DNA of 64,000 nt from Gammaproteobacteria bacterium (lineage in GTDB: Bacteria > Pseudomonadota > Gammaproteobacteria > Pseudomonadales > Azotimanducaceae), in the NCBI GenBank assembly GCA_009846005.1, contig VXYL01000070.1:277699-341698 (forward strand). The letters are read 5' to 3'. Both the position numbers and the translations under genes were made by a program. Below the pieces are notes generated by a model. That model was given only the letters and a program-made list of their open reading frames with translations, did no database searches and was not told where the DNA came from. The number at the start of each line of letters is the position of its first letter. Within the stretch, counting starts at the first letter, position 1. Below, piece after piece: positions 55,177 through 63,795 of the stretch.

Positions 55177-56901
55177 TTAGTCGTGCGAAAACTCGAAGAT
55201 GACGCGATTGCGAACGCCGGTAACCTCAACGGCCTCGCCTTGCACCACCTTGGGCTTGTATCTGAAACGCGACACCGCGGTCACTGCGGCGCGATCGAAG
55301 ACACCGGGCGGTTCGGCTTCGAGAACGACGGGATCACGCACGGCCCCCGTCGTCGTTACGGCGAACTCGAGGAGCACATGGCCTTGCAGGTTCCTTTCGA
55401 GCGCATACCTCGGATAGGTCGGCGCGACCTTGATGAGCGGCAGAAACTCATCGGTCTCGATCACCGGTTCGGCCAGGTCGGGATCCACGATCTTCGTAGA
55501 CACCTTCGGTATGGGCGGCTCCAAATCTCCACCCAGTTCTGGCCACTCCACGCCCGGCGGCGCAAGGTTCGGCGGCGGAACCAAGGGGGCGTGCGACCTA
55601 GGCGGGCGATCTGTTTCCGGCAGGGCGAAGTCGAAGCGACGAACGATGCGGCTCGGCGGGTTTGGCGAACCGGCTCTCTCGAGCTCGTGGCTCGGTACGT
55701 ACTCGCGCCGGGCGACCGAGCGCAGGGCCGCTTCGTCGAACACGCCCGGCGGGTCGCTTGCCACCACTACGGGTCGTACCACGCGGCCATCGCGTGACAC
55801 CGCGTACTCGACGACAACGTGACCCTCGATGCCGTCGCTGATCGCCCGCCCCGGGTAAATCGTCAGCGGTGCATGCTTTACGGCACGATCTTCCCCCAAG
55901 GCGCGCTCCCGCACCTCCGGCAGACCGAGTTTCGGTTCAAAGGTCAGGGTCCGTAGTCCGGTGTAGTCGGCCAACGGCGCGACCGGCACGGCTTCATGGG
56001 CTTCGAACTCGACGCTGGTGAACAACAATGCGACGCCCAATCCGCCGACGAGGCCCCAGTAGACGCCGCCGACATCGAGCTGGCGTTCGCGACTGCCCAG
56101 GAAGCGCTGGAAACGCAGGACGAGGCCGGTGCCCGCCAACGTGGCCACGAAGGAAGGCTCCTGCTCGGATCGGGCGGCGCACAGGACGCCATCTAAGTAG
56201 TCTGCGCAACTCGGCAGGATCTCCGCCGCCCGGTCGTCGCAGCTCTGTTCCATGGCACCCGCGTACTGTTGACGCAGCAGGGACACCCAAGGCGCGAACC
56301 AGTACCAGTTCAGCACCAGTCCCAGTCCGAACAGGCAAAGGTCGTCGCGCCGCGCCAGATGCACGAACTCGTGGGCCAGCACCGCGCGCACGGCGCGAGG
56401 TTCCCAGTCCCTGGCGTCGGACTGCAGGACGATCCGATTGCCCGCCAGGGTCGAAGAGCACGAATTCGGACCGAGATGCACCCGGTAGGGGCGGTGGAAC
56501 GCCAGCCGCTTGGCAACGATCCCGGCCTCCTTGAGGATTCGAGGATCGTCCACCGTCGGCAGGGCGGCGAGCTCACGCCGAGTCTCCAACAGACGGACAA
56601 AGGCCCGTAGGTTCAATACCAGGGCACCGACAGCCCAGACGACGATCAGCCACACCGGGATCGGTACGCTGCCCGCCAAAGACAGCAGCTTCAGGACCTC
56701 GAACGGCGCCGTCCAATGCCAGCCGCTCGTCAGGGCAAGCGTGAACGGCAAGGCGGTCAGCATCAACCCGGCGACTAGCGTGTAGGCGCGGCGGGTCACC
56801 GGGTTGCTTCGGAAAGCGACGAAAGCGAATGCGCTCAACAACGCGGAGCACAAGACGAGCTGAACGATCCAGCGGGCGTCGATGTGCACGACGTCGGTCA
56901 T
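55177..56901 (-). CDS. BlaR1/MecR1-type M56 metallopeptidase signal transducer with two C-terminal TonB_C domains instead of a penicillin-binding sensor
   Basis: It has four N-terminal TM helices and the zinc motif VLAHEFVHLARRDD (HExxH). Two TonB_C-like units follow (LTIYPGRAISDGIEGHVVVEYAV and LIKVAPTYPRYALERNLQGHVLLEFAV). The start overlaps the blaI-like stop by 4 nt. Confidence 0.8.
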   Translation of the reverse strand: MTDVVHIDARWIVQLVLCSALLSAFAFVAFRSNPVTRRAYTLVAGLMLTALPFTLALTSGWHWTAPFEVLKLLSLAGSVPIPVWLIVVWAVGALVLNLRAFVRLLETRRELAALPTVDDPRILKEAGIVAKRLAFHRPYRVHLGPNSCSSTLAGNRIVLQSDARDWEPRAVRAVLAHEFVHLARRDDLCLFGLGLVLNWYWFAPWVSLLRQQYAGAMEQSCDDRAAEILPSCADYLDGVLCAARSEQEPSFVATLAGTGLVLRFQRFLGSRERQLDVGGVYWGLVGGLGVALLFTSVEFEAHEAVPVAPLADYTGLRTLTFEPKLGLPEVRERALGEDRAVKHAPLTIYPGRAISDGIEGHVVVEYAVSRDGRVVRPVVVASDPPGVFDEAALRSVARREYVPSHELERAGSPNPPSRIVRRFDFALPETDRPPRSHAPLVPPPNLAPPGVEWPELGGDLEPPIPKVSTKIVDPDLAEPVIETDEFLPLIKVAPTYPRYALERNLQGHVLLEFAVTTTGAVRDPVVLEAEPPGVFDRAAVTAVSRFRYKPKVVQGEAVEVTGVRNRVIFEFSHD

Positions 56902-57278
56902 GACCTGGGAGCCTTGAGCTTCTCGAGGCTGGCCTGGATCCGCGCCAACTCTTCGTCGGTGAGGTTGCGCTCGTTGCCGAGGAGTCCCACGACCGCGTCG
57001 GCTGCTGAACCGTCGAAGAACGTGTTGACCACCCGCTGCAGGGCGCTGCGCCGGGCCCGATTGCGCGCCAGCACCGGCCGGTAGACGTAGCGGGTGCCCT
57101 CTTCGCGGTAGGAAGCATGGCCCTTGTCGAGCAGCTTGCGCATGAGTGCGCGGACGGCCGAGTAGCTCGGCGCATTGGGGAGGGCGCGACGCACCTCGCC
57201 GACGGATGCTTCTCCGCGTTCGTAGAGAACATCCATGATTTGCCGTTCCCGGCGCGTTAGGTGTACGTGGTCATCCAT
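56898..57278 (-). CDS. BlaI/MecI/CopY-family transcriptional repressor
   Basis: LTRRERQIMDVLYERGEASVGEVRRALPNAPSYSAVRALMRKLLDKGH is a winged helix of the BlaI family. Length is 126 aa. Confidence 0.85.
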   Translation of the reverse strand: MDDHVHLTRRERQIMDVLYERGEASVGEVRRALPNAPSYSAVRALMRKLLDKGHASYREEGTRYVYRPVLARNRARRSALQRVVNTFFDGSAADAVVGLLGNERNLTDEELARIQASLEKLKAPRS

Positions 57279-57295
57279 GGGGAATTGCTAATTTT

Positions 57296-57313
57296 GCAGC
57301 ATATATATGCTGC
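57296..57313. promoter_or_regulatory. perfect 18-bp palindrome GCAGCATATATATGCTGC, candidate BlaI-family operator
   Basis: It lies 18-35 nt upstream of the blaI-like ATG (57278) and sits inside the only markedly AT-rich stretch I noticed in the window. Confidence 0.5.
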
Positions 57314-57408
57314 TTATTTAGCACTCTGTCGGCGCGGAACGAAAGGGCGTCGTTAGACGGATTTGCTCTAAACGAGATCGAATTAAGACCAGGCGGGCTG
57401 GTAGAGCC

Positions 57409-60051
57409 TCAATCCGGCATCGCCTTGTCCAGGTCTAGACCGGCCGAACTGGCGTACGCCGTCGCGTCCTTTACCGTCCCCTTGTTGGCCTGTGCGAGCG
57501 TCGACAACGCCGAGAACACGATCCACTCCTTCGACACCTCGAAGTAGCCGCGCAGCGCTTCCCTGGACTCCGACAAGCCGTAGCCGTCGGTGCCAAGTAC
57601 CGTGTAGGCGCCGGGAAACCAACGCGCGATCGAAAGCGGCAGCGCCTTCATGTAGTCCGACGCGGCAACGAACACGCCGTTCTCGCCTGCGAGCAGCGTC
57701 TCGACGTAGGGTCGCTCATCCGATCCGCCAGCGGCGAGCAACTGGGCGCGCTCGGCGGCAACGCCCTGGCGAGCCAGTTCCGTGTAGCTGGTGACACTCC
57801 AGACGTTGACGCGCTTGCCCATTGCTCGCAATGCCGCGGCCGCCGCGAGCACCTCGGTCATGATGGCGCCGCTGCCGAGCAGGTTCACCGACGCCCGCGT
57901 CGAACGCTCTAGCGCGTACATGCCGCGCACGATGCCGTCCGCCGCGCCGGCCGGCATCGGCGGCATGACGTAGTTCTGGTTGGTTAGCGTCAGGTAGTAG
58001 AAGACGTCTTCCCGAGCCTCGTACATGCGCCGGATGCCGTCCCGTACGATGACGGCGAGTTCGAACGCGAACGCCGGGTCGTAGCTGACCAGGTTCGGCA
58101 CCGTGGCCGCCATCAGGTGCGAATGCCCGTCCTGGTGCTGCACGCCTTCCCCGTTCAGCGTGGTGCGCCCCGACGTGCCACCCAACAGAAATCCCTTGCA
58201 CATCATGTCGCCGCAGGACCAGATCATGTCGCCGACGCGCTGGAAGCCGAAGATCGAATAGAAGATGTAGAAGGGCACCATCGGCAGACCGTAGTTCGCA
58301 TACGCGGTCCCGGCGGCCAGGAACGACGCGATGGCACCGGTTTCGCAGATGCCCTCCTGGAGAATCTGGCCGTCCTCCGCCTCCCGGTACGGCGCGATGG
58401 TGCCGGCATCCACGGGCTTGTAGTGCTGGCCGGCGGGTGAATAGATGCCTGCCTGGGGGAACAACCCGTCCATCCCGAACGTGCGCGCCTCGTCGGGCAC
58501 GATGGGCACGATGAACTTGCCGATACTCTTCTCGCGTAGGAGCTTCTGCAGCATCCGCACCATGGCCATGGTGGTGGAAACCGCGCGCCCTCGGGAGCCG
58601 TCGAGCATCTCCTGGAAGAACTCGAGCGGCGGCGGCGACAAGGTCGGGCAGCTCACCTCACGCTTCGGAATCGGCCCGCCCAGCGCGTCCCGGCGCGCCT
58701 TCATGTAGCGCACCTCCTCGCTCGAGTTCGGCGGGCGGTAGAACTCGGCGCGCTCGATCGCATCGCCGTTGAGAGGGATGCGCAGTCGTTCCGCAAGCGC
58801 CCGTCGTTCCGACGGGTTCAAGTGCTTCTTCTGGTGCACCGTATTGCGACCCTCGATCTCCGGCCCCAAGCCGTAGCCTTTCACGGTCTTCAGAAGCAGT
58901 ACTACGGGCTTGCCGGTGACCTCCTCCGCCTCCTTGAAGGCCGCGAAGATCTTCTTGTGGTCGTGGCCGCCGCGTTTGATGGAGCGGATCTCCTCGTCCG
59001 TGAGTGCGCTCATCAGATCCTTCAACGGCTGGTTGTTCTCCACCCAGTGTTCGCGAACGACGTCTCCGGGCGACACGGTGTACATCTGGTAGTCGCCGTC
59101 CACGGCCTGCTCCATGCGGGCCTGCAGGATGCCTTCGACGTCCCGCTGTAGGAGGACGTCCCAGCCGCTGCCCCAGATCACCTTGATGACGTGCCAGTCG
59201 GCACCCCGGAACGCCCGTTCCAACTCCTGGATGATCTTGCCGTTGCCGCGCACCGGGCCATCCAAGCGCTGCAGGTTGCAGTTCACCGCGAGGACGATGT
59301 TGTCGAGTTGCTCCCGCGCCGCGATGGCGATGGTGCCGAGCACTTCCGGCTCGTCCGACTCGCCATCGCCGATGAACGCCCAGATCTTGCCGCCGTTGTC
59401 CGCCTTCAAGCCCCGGTGTTCAAGGTACTTGGCGAAACGCGCCTGGTAGATCGCGCTCGGCGTCGACAGGCCCATGCTGGCGCAGGGCATCTGCCAGAAA
59501 TGCGGTAGGCGGCGCGGATGCGGATACGACGGCAGGCCACCGCCTTCGGCCAATTCCCGACGGAAGTTCTTGAGTTCCGTCTCCGACAGCCGGCCCTCCA
59601 AGAAGGCGCGGGCGTAGATTCCCGGCGCCGTGTGCGCCTGGAAGTGGACCTGGTCGCCGCCATAGGTATCGCTTCGGGATCGGAAGACATGGTTGAGCCC
59701 CACTTCCATCATCGTCGACGCCGAGAGATACGTGGCGATGTGGCCCCCGACGCCGGAGCCGCTGTCGTAGGCCTGGAGCACCATCGCGGCGGCGTTCCAG
59801 CGCAGGACGTCCTCGATGCGGCTCTCCAGCTCGATGTCCCCCGGGTAGGGGGGTTGGTCGGTCAACGGGATGGTGTTCTTGTAGGGCGTGTTGAGCGCCG
59901 CGTCGGTGAGCACGATGCCCTTCTGGGAGAGTTCATGCTGCAGGCGCGCAAGCAGAGCCTTGGCATCGTCGCTGCCGCGCTCGTCGAGAACGCCGGCCAA
60001 GGCCTCGACCCACTCCTGCTGCTCGAGTTCCCAGTCGGCGGAGGATTCCAT
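57409..60051 (-). CDS. aceE: pyruvate dehydrogenase E1 component (homodimeric type)
   Basis: About 880 aa from MESSADWELEQQEWVEAL. The ThDP motif region is GDGESDEPE. The overall match to AceE is strong. The track extension to 60180 was trimmed. Confidence 0.9.
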   Translation of the reverse strand: MESSADWELEQQEWVEALAGVLDERGSDDAKALLARLQHELSQKGIVLTDAALNTPYKNTIPLTDQPPYPGDIELESRIEDVLRWNAAAMVLQAYDSGSGVGGHIATYLSASTMMEVGLNHVFRSRSDTYGGDQVHFQAHTAPGIYARAFLEGRLSETELKNFRRELAEGGGLPSYPHPRRLPHFWQMPCASMGLSTPSAIYQARFAKYLEHRGLKADNGGKIWAFIGDGESDEPEVLGTIAIAAREQLDNIVLAVNCNLQRLDGPVRGNGKIIQELERAFRGADWHVIKVIWGSGWDVLLQRDVEGILQARMEQAVDGDYQMYTVSPGDVVREHWVENNQPLKDLMSALTDEEIRSIKRGGHDHKKIFAAFKEAEEVTGKPVVLLLKTVKGYGLGPEIEGRNTVHQKKHLNPSERRALAERLRIPLNGDAIERAEFYRPPNSSEEVRYMKARRDALGGPIPKREVSCPTLSPPPLEFFQEMLDGSRGRAVSTTMAMVRMLQKLLREKSIGKFIVPIVPDEARTFGMDGLFPQAGIYSPAGQHYKPVDAGTIAPYREAEDGQILQEGICETGAIASFLAAGTAYANYGLPMVPFYIFYSIFGFQRVGDMIWSCGDMMCKGFLLGGTSGRTTLNGEGVQHQDGHSHLMAATVPNLVSYDPAFAFELAVIVRDGIRRMYEAREDVFYYLTLTNQNYVMPPMPAGAADGIVRGMYALERSTRASVNLLGSGAIMTEVLAAAAALRAMGKRVNVWSVTSYTELARQGVAAERAQLLAAGGSDERPYVETLLAGENGVFVAASDYMKALPLSIARWFPGAYTVLGTDGYGLSESREALRGYFEVSKEWIVFSALSTLAQANKGTVKDATAYASSAGLDLDKAMPD

Positions 60052-60128
60052 TAGCTGCGGTTCCGCCAAGATCCTTGTTCCGTGCCTGTCCGACTCAACG
60101 AGAATACCGGCATTGACGGGTAGGTTGT

Positions 60129-62387
60129 ATGCTTCGGCGGTTTTCCGGCGGACCGGTGGCGGACAGGAACGTGCAGACAATAAAGCAGGTTATTCGGCGG
60201 TTGGCTATTGGTGCGGCAATTGCCGGCATTGCCGGATGCGGACCGACGCCAGCCGAAAAGGCAGCATCGCGAGTGGAAGCCATCCGCGCCGCCACCGGGT
60301 CCGTCGCCGCCGACCGTGTCGTCGCGGCCAATACCGAGCCTGGCAACTGGCTGACCCACGGCCGGACCTACGATGAACAACGTCACAGTCCCTTGGCGGA
60401 CATCAACGCAGACAATGTCGCAGGCCTTGGCCTCGCCTGGTACTGGGACACCGGCGATACCCGCGGCCTCGAAGCAACGCCCATCGTCGTCGACGGCGTC
60501 GTCTTCACGACCGGCACCTGGAGCCGCGTCTACGCCAACGACGGGCGTACCGGCGAACTCATCTGGCGATACGACCCGGAGGTACCCAAGGCCTGGGGCA
60601 AATACGCCTGCTGCGACGTCGTCAACCGCGGTGTCGCTGTTTGGAAGGGTCGGGTGTTCGTCGGCACCCTCGATGGCCGCCTTGTCGCCCTCGACGCAGG
60701 CACCGGCGAGGTGGTCTGGGAAACGCTGACCATCGACCCCGAACGCCCCTATACCATCACCGGCGCGCCCCGGGTCGTGAAGGACCTGGTGGTGATCGGC
60801 AACGGCGGCGGCGAGTACGGCGTGCGCGGCTACGTGACGGCCTATGACTGGAAAACCGGCGAGGAGCGCTGGCGTTTCTGGACCGTCCCGGGGGATCCGT
60901 CGCAGCCTTTCGAAAGTCCCGCAATGGAGCTCGCGGCCGAGACCTGGAGCGGCGGCAATTGGTGGGAAATCGGCGGCGGCGGAACGGCGTGGGACTCCAT
61001 GGCGTTCGATCCCGAACTCAACCTGCTCTACGTCGGCGTCGGCAACGGCACGCCCTGGAACCGGGACCTGCGCAGTCCCGGCGGCGGCGACAACCTGTTT
61101 CTCGCTTCCATCGTCGCTCTGAATCCAAACGACGGGTCCCTCGTCTGGTACTACCAAACGACACCTGGAGAGACGTGGGACTATACGGCGACGCAGCAAA
61201 TGATACTTGCCGACATCGAAATCGCCGGCACTTTGCGCAAGGTCATCATGCAGGCGCCCAAGAACGGGTTCTTCTACGTGCTGGACCGGACCAACGGCGA
61301 GTTCATCTCCGCCGAACCCTACGTACCCGTCAACTGGGCGACCCACATCGACCCCGAGACCGGCCGCCCGGTCGAGATTCCCGAAGCGCGCCACCCAGAA
61401 GGCACGGCATTGGTCTACCCGTCCGCCCACGGCGGCCACAACTGGCACCCCATGGCCTACAACCCCGCCACGGGGTACGTCTACATCCCGGCCATCGAGA
61501 TGGCCTTCCCGTATGCCAAGAAGCCCGATTTCGAATACCAGCCCGGCGCCTTCAACTCCGGCATCGACCTGACCCCCCTGCTGCCGCCGAAGACCGTCGA
61601 GGCGCGCGCCGCCATGTTCGAGTCGATGAAGGGTCACCTAGCGGCGTGGGATCCCGTCGCGCAGAAGGAAGCCTGGCGCGTGCAGCATCCGAGCACGTGG
61701 AACGGCGGCGTACTGACCACCGCCGGGAACCTCGTCTTCCAGGGGCGATCCGACGGCTATTTCGCCGCCTACGCCGCCGATACCGGTGAACTCAAGTGGG
61801 AGACGCCCGTGCATACGGGCATCGTCGCCGCGCCGGTCAGCTACGTCATCGACGGCGAACAGTACGTCGCGGTCATTGCGGGTTGGGGCGGATCGTTCAC
61901 GCTATTCACCGGCGCACCGCGGCACAAGGGCAATCTCCTCTCCGAGGGGCGCTTGCTGGCCTTCAAGCTTGGCGGCGAAGCCCAGTTGCCGGAACCCCAC
62001 GTCACCTACGTGAACATCCCCGAACCGCCGGAGATCGAACTCAGCGAAGCCGAACTCGCCCAGGGCGAGATGCTCTACCACACCTGGTGCTCGTCCTGCC
62101 ACGGCTCGGACGTCCATTCGGGAAGCTCCGTACCCGACCTGAAATACCTGCCTGCCGCCGCACACTCGCGCTGGGACGTGATCGTCCGCGAGGGCGCCTA
62201 CGAGACGGTCGGCATGCCGGGTTTCAAGGAGATCTTGAGCGAAGCGGAGTCCCACCTCGTGCACGGCTACGTCGTCAACCGAGCCAAGGCCGCGATCGCC
62301 GAGTGCATGAGCGACTACCCGGAGCAATATCCGGAGGTGTTCGGCACGGCTTGCACGAAGCGGGTGGTCGCCGCCACAGAGCCTTAG
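60129..62387 (+). CDS. PQQ-dependent dehydrogenase, methanol/ethanol family, with C-terminal cytochrome c domain (quinohemoprotein)
   Basis: The PQQ beta-propeller W-motifs are present, along with YDEQRHSPL, the adjacent-Cys pair KYACCDVVNRG and the C-terminal haem site CSSCHG. The N-terminus has a lipobox-like IAGIAGC. Confidence 0.85.
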   Translation: MLRRFSGGPVADRNVQTIKQVIRRLAIGAAIAGIAGCGPTPAEKAASRVEAIRAATGSVAADRVVAANTEPGNWLTHGRTYDEQRHSPLADINADNVAGLGLAWYWDTGDTRGLEATPIVVDGVVFTTGTWSRVYANDGRTGELIWRYDPEVPKAWGKYACCDVVNRGVAVWKGRVFVGTLDGRLVALDAGTGEVVWETLTIDPERPYTITGAPRVVKDLVVIGNGGGEYGVRGYVTAYDWKTGEERWRFWTVPGDPSQPFESPAMELAAETWSGGNWWEIGGGGTAWDSMAFDPELNLLYVGVGNGTPWNRDLRSPGGGDNLFLASIVALNPNDGSLVWYYQTTPGETWDYTATQQMILADIEIAGTLRKVIMQAPKNGFFYVLDRTNGEFISAEPYVPVNWATHIDPETGRPVEIPEARHPEGTALVYPSAHGGHNWHPMAYNPATGYVYIPAIEMAFPYAKKPDFEYQPGAFNSGIDLTPLLPPKTVEARAAMFESMKGHLAAWDPVAQKEAWRVQHPSTWNGGVLTTAGNLVFQGRSDGYFAAYAADTGELKWETPVHTGIVAAPVSYVIDGEQYVAVIAGWGGSFTLFTGAPRHKGNLLSEGRLLAFKLGGEAQLPEPHVTYVNIPEPPEIELSEAELAQGEMLYHTWCSSCHGSDVHSGSSVPDLKYLPAAAHSRWDVIVREGAYETVGMPGFKEILSEAESHLVHGYVVNRAKAAIAECMSDYPEQYPEVFGTACTKRVVAATEP

Positions 62388-62459
62388 CAACGCTGGACAG
62401 CCGGACCCAGCACGCCGGACATAGGGGACTCGCTCAGCTACTCGTTCACTTGTGTACGA

Positions 62460-63308
62460 TTGCCCGCCATGGCGGGAGGAGACTGGAGCCGAGCGGAGGT
62501 GGAAGCCGCTGTTCAGGACTACCTAGACATGCTCGCGCTCGAACGATCCGGCAAGCCGTACACGAAGAAAGAACACAATCGGGTGCTGCGCCGACGACTG
62601 CAAGGCCGGTCCCACGGCTCGGTCGAGTTCAAACACCAGAACATCAGCGCGGTTCTCGCCGGCATGGGACTACCCTACATCGACGGCTACAAGCCGAGAG
62701 GCAACGTCCAAGCGTTGCTGCGCGAGGTGGTTGGCGAGCGCGTTTCGCCACTGATCGACGAATTGACTCGCGAGGTCTCGACGCCGCAGGAGGCGTTGAC
62801 CGTAGCCGACATCCTGTCCATTCAGGTCGAGCCCCCCAAGAACAGATTGGCCGTGGCAGAGGAACCCGCCGAGTACGTCTTATCGAGACGCAGCCCGAAG
62901 CCGTTCAACTACGTCCAACAGGAAGCAGCGAACAAATCCCTCGGCGATGCCGGCGAGGCCTTGATCATGGTCTACGAGCGAACCCGGCTTGAGCGGGCCG
63001 GCAAGGATCATCTGGCACGAAACGTGGAGCAGGTCTCCAAGACCGTCGGGGACCACCTCGGTTACGACATCCATTCGTACGAAGAGACCGGCCGGGACCG
63101 CTTCGTCGAAGTGAAGACCACCCGTTACGGGAAACGCACGCCGTTCTACATCAGCGCCGGCGAGATTCGATTCTCCAAGGCCAACAGCGACGCCTACCAG
63201 CTCTACCGGGTCTTCGAGTTCCGCGAACGCCCGAAGCTGTTTACGCTACCGGGCGATGTCGAAGGGCATGTGACGTTGCGAGCCACCAACTACCGGGCGC
63301 ATTTTTGA
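62460..63308 (+). CDS. DUF3883 (restriction-endonuclease-like fold) domain protein
   Basis: The C-terminal half GDAGEALIMVYERTRLERAG...GYDIHSYEETGRDRFVEVKTT...FYISAGEIRFS...YQLYRVFEF matches the DUF3883 pattern (E..D..EVK core). The N-terminal ~90 aa is a separate small domain. Confidence 0.7.
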   Translation: MPAMAGGDWSRAEVEAAVQDYLDMLALERSGKPYTKKEHNRVLRRRLQGRSHGSVEFKHQNISAVLAGMGLPYIDGYKPRGNVQALLREVVGERVSPLIDELTREVSTPQEALTVADILSIQVEPPKNRLAVAEEPAEYVLSRRSPKPFNYVQQEAANKSLGDAGEALIMVYERTRLERAGKDHLARNVEQVSKTVGDHLGYDIHSYEETGRDRFVEVKTTRYGKRTPFYISAGEIRFSKANSDAYQLYRVFEFRERPKLFTLPGDVEGHVTLRATNYRAHF

Positions 63309-63330
63309 CTCACAAGCCAGTGGCACCTCA

Positions 63331-63795
63331 TCAGGACCTGAGCCCAGCAAGAATCGCCTGTGCAGTGCTGTTCGGTGTTGCGAAGGGATTGACCACTCGC
63401 ACATCTCCAAGTGCTTGACCGTGTTGGAGGTCTTCCGTTAGGAGCGCGATACAGCCGCTAGACTGCGCGGCCGCGACGATCAAGGCATCCCACCACGACA
63501 GCAGGTACCGTTGCTGGTTGACCCACGCGCGTTCCATGATGGCCAGATCAATCGCAATCGGTTGCCACGATGCAAGGTCGCGCACAATCTCCCGCGCTTC
63601 CGGATCAGCCGTCGGCGGTTGCACCTTTCGAGTGAGCGTGACAAAGAGCTCCTGAAGCACCTGATAGCTGACGCGGGCCGCCCGCTCGTGCACCAACGTA
63701 CTCAGCCACTCGTCCGCCCGCGATTGTTTGGCCGGATCAGTACTGTCGTGCCGGTAGACCAGGACGTTCGTGTCAACGAAGACCGGGGCGGTCAT
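63331..63795 (-). CDS. vapC: PIN-domain toxin, VapC-like
   Basis: The first acidic residue is in VFVDTNVLVY and the later one in LLTEDLQHG. Length is 154 aa. It overlaps the upstream antitoxin gene by 23 nt. Confidence 0.8.
   Translation of the reverse strand: MTAPVFVDTNVLVYRHDSTDPAKQSRADEWLSTLVHERAARVSYQVLQELFVTLTRKVQPPTADPEAREIVRDLASWQPIAIDLAIMERAWVNQQRYLLSWWDALIVAAAQSSGCIALLTEDLQHGQALGDVRVVNPFATPNSTAQAILAGLRS

Noticed and set aside
60051-61637. 528-aa minus-strand ORF opposite the PQQ dehydrogenase gene
   Set aside because: It is an antisense high-GC artefact. The + frame has an unambiguous PQQ/cytochrome c signature.
61796-62992. 398-aa + strand ORF bridging the PQQ dehydrogenase 3' end and the DUF3883 gene
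   Set aside because: It is Arg-rich and off-frame, and it overlaps two ORFs that each have recognisable family motifs.
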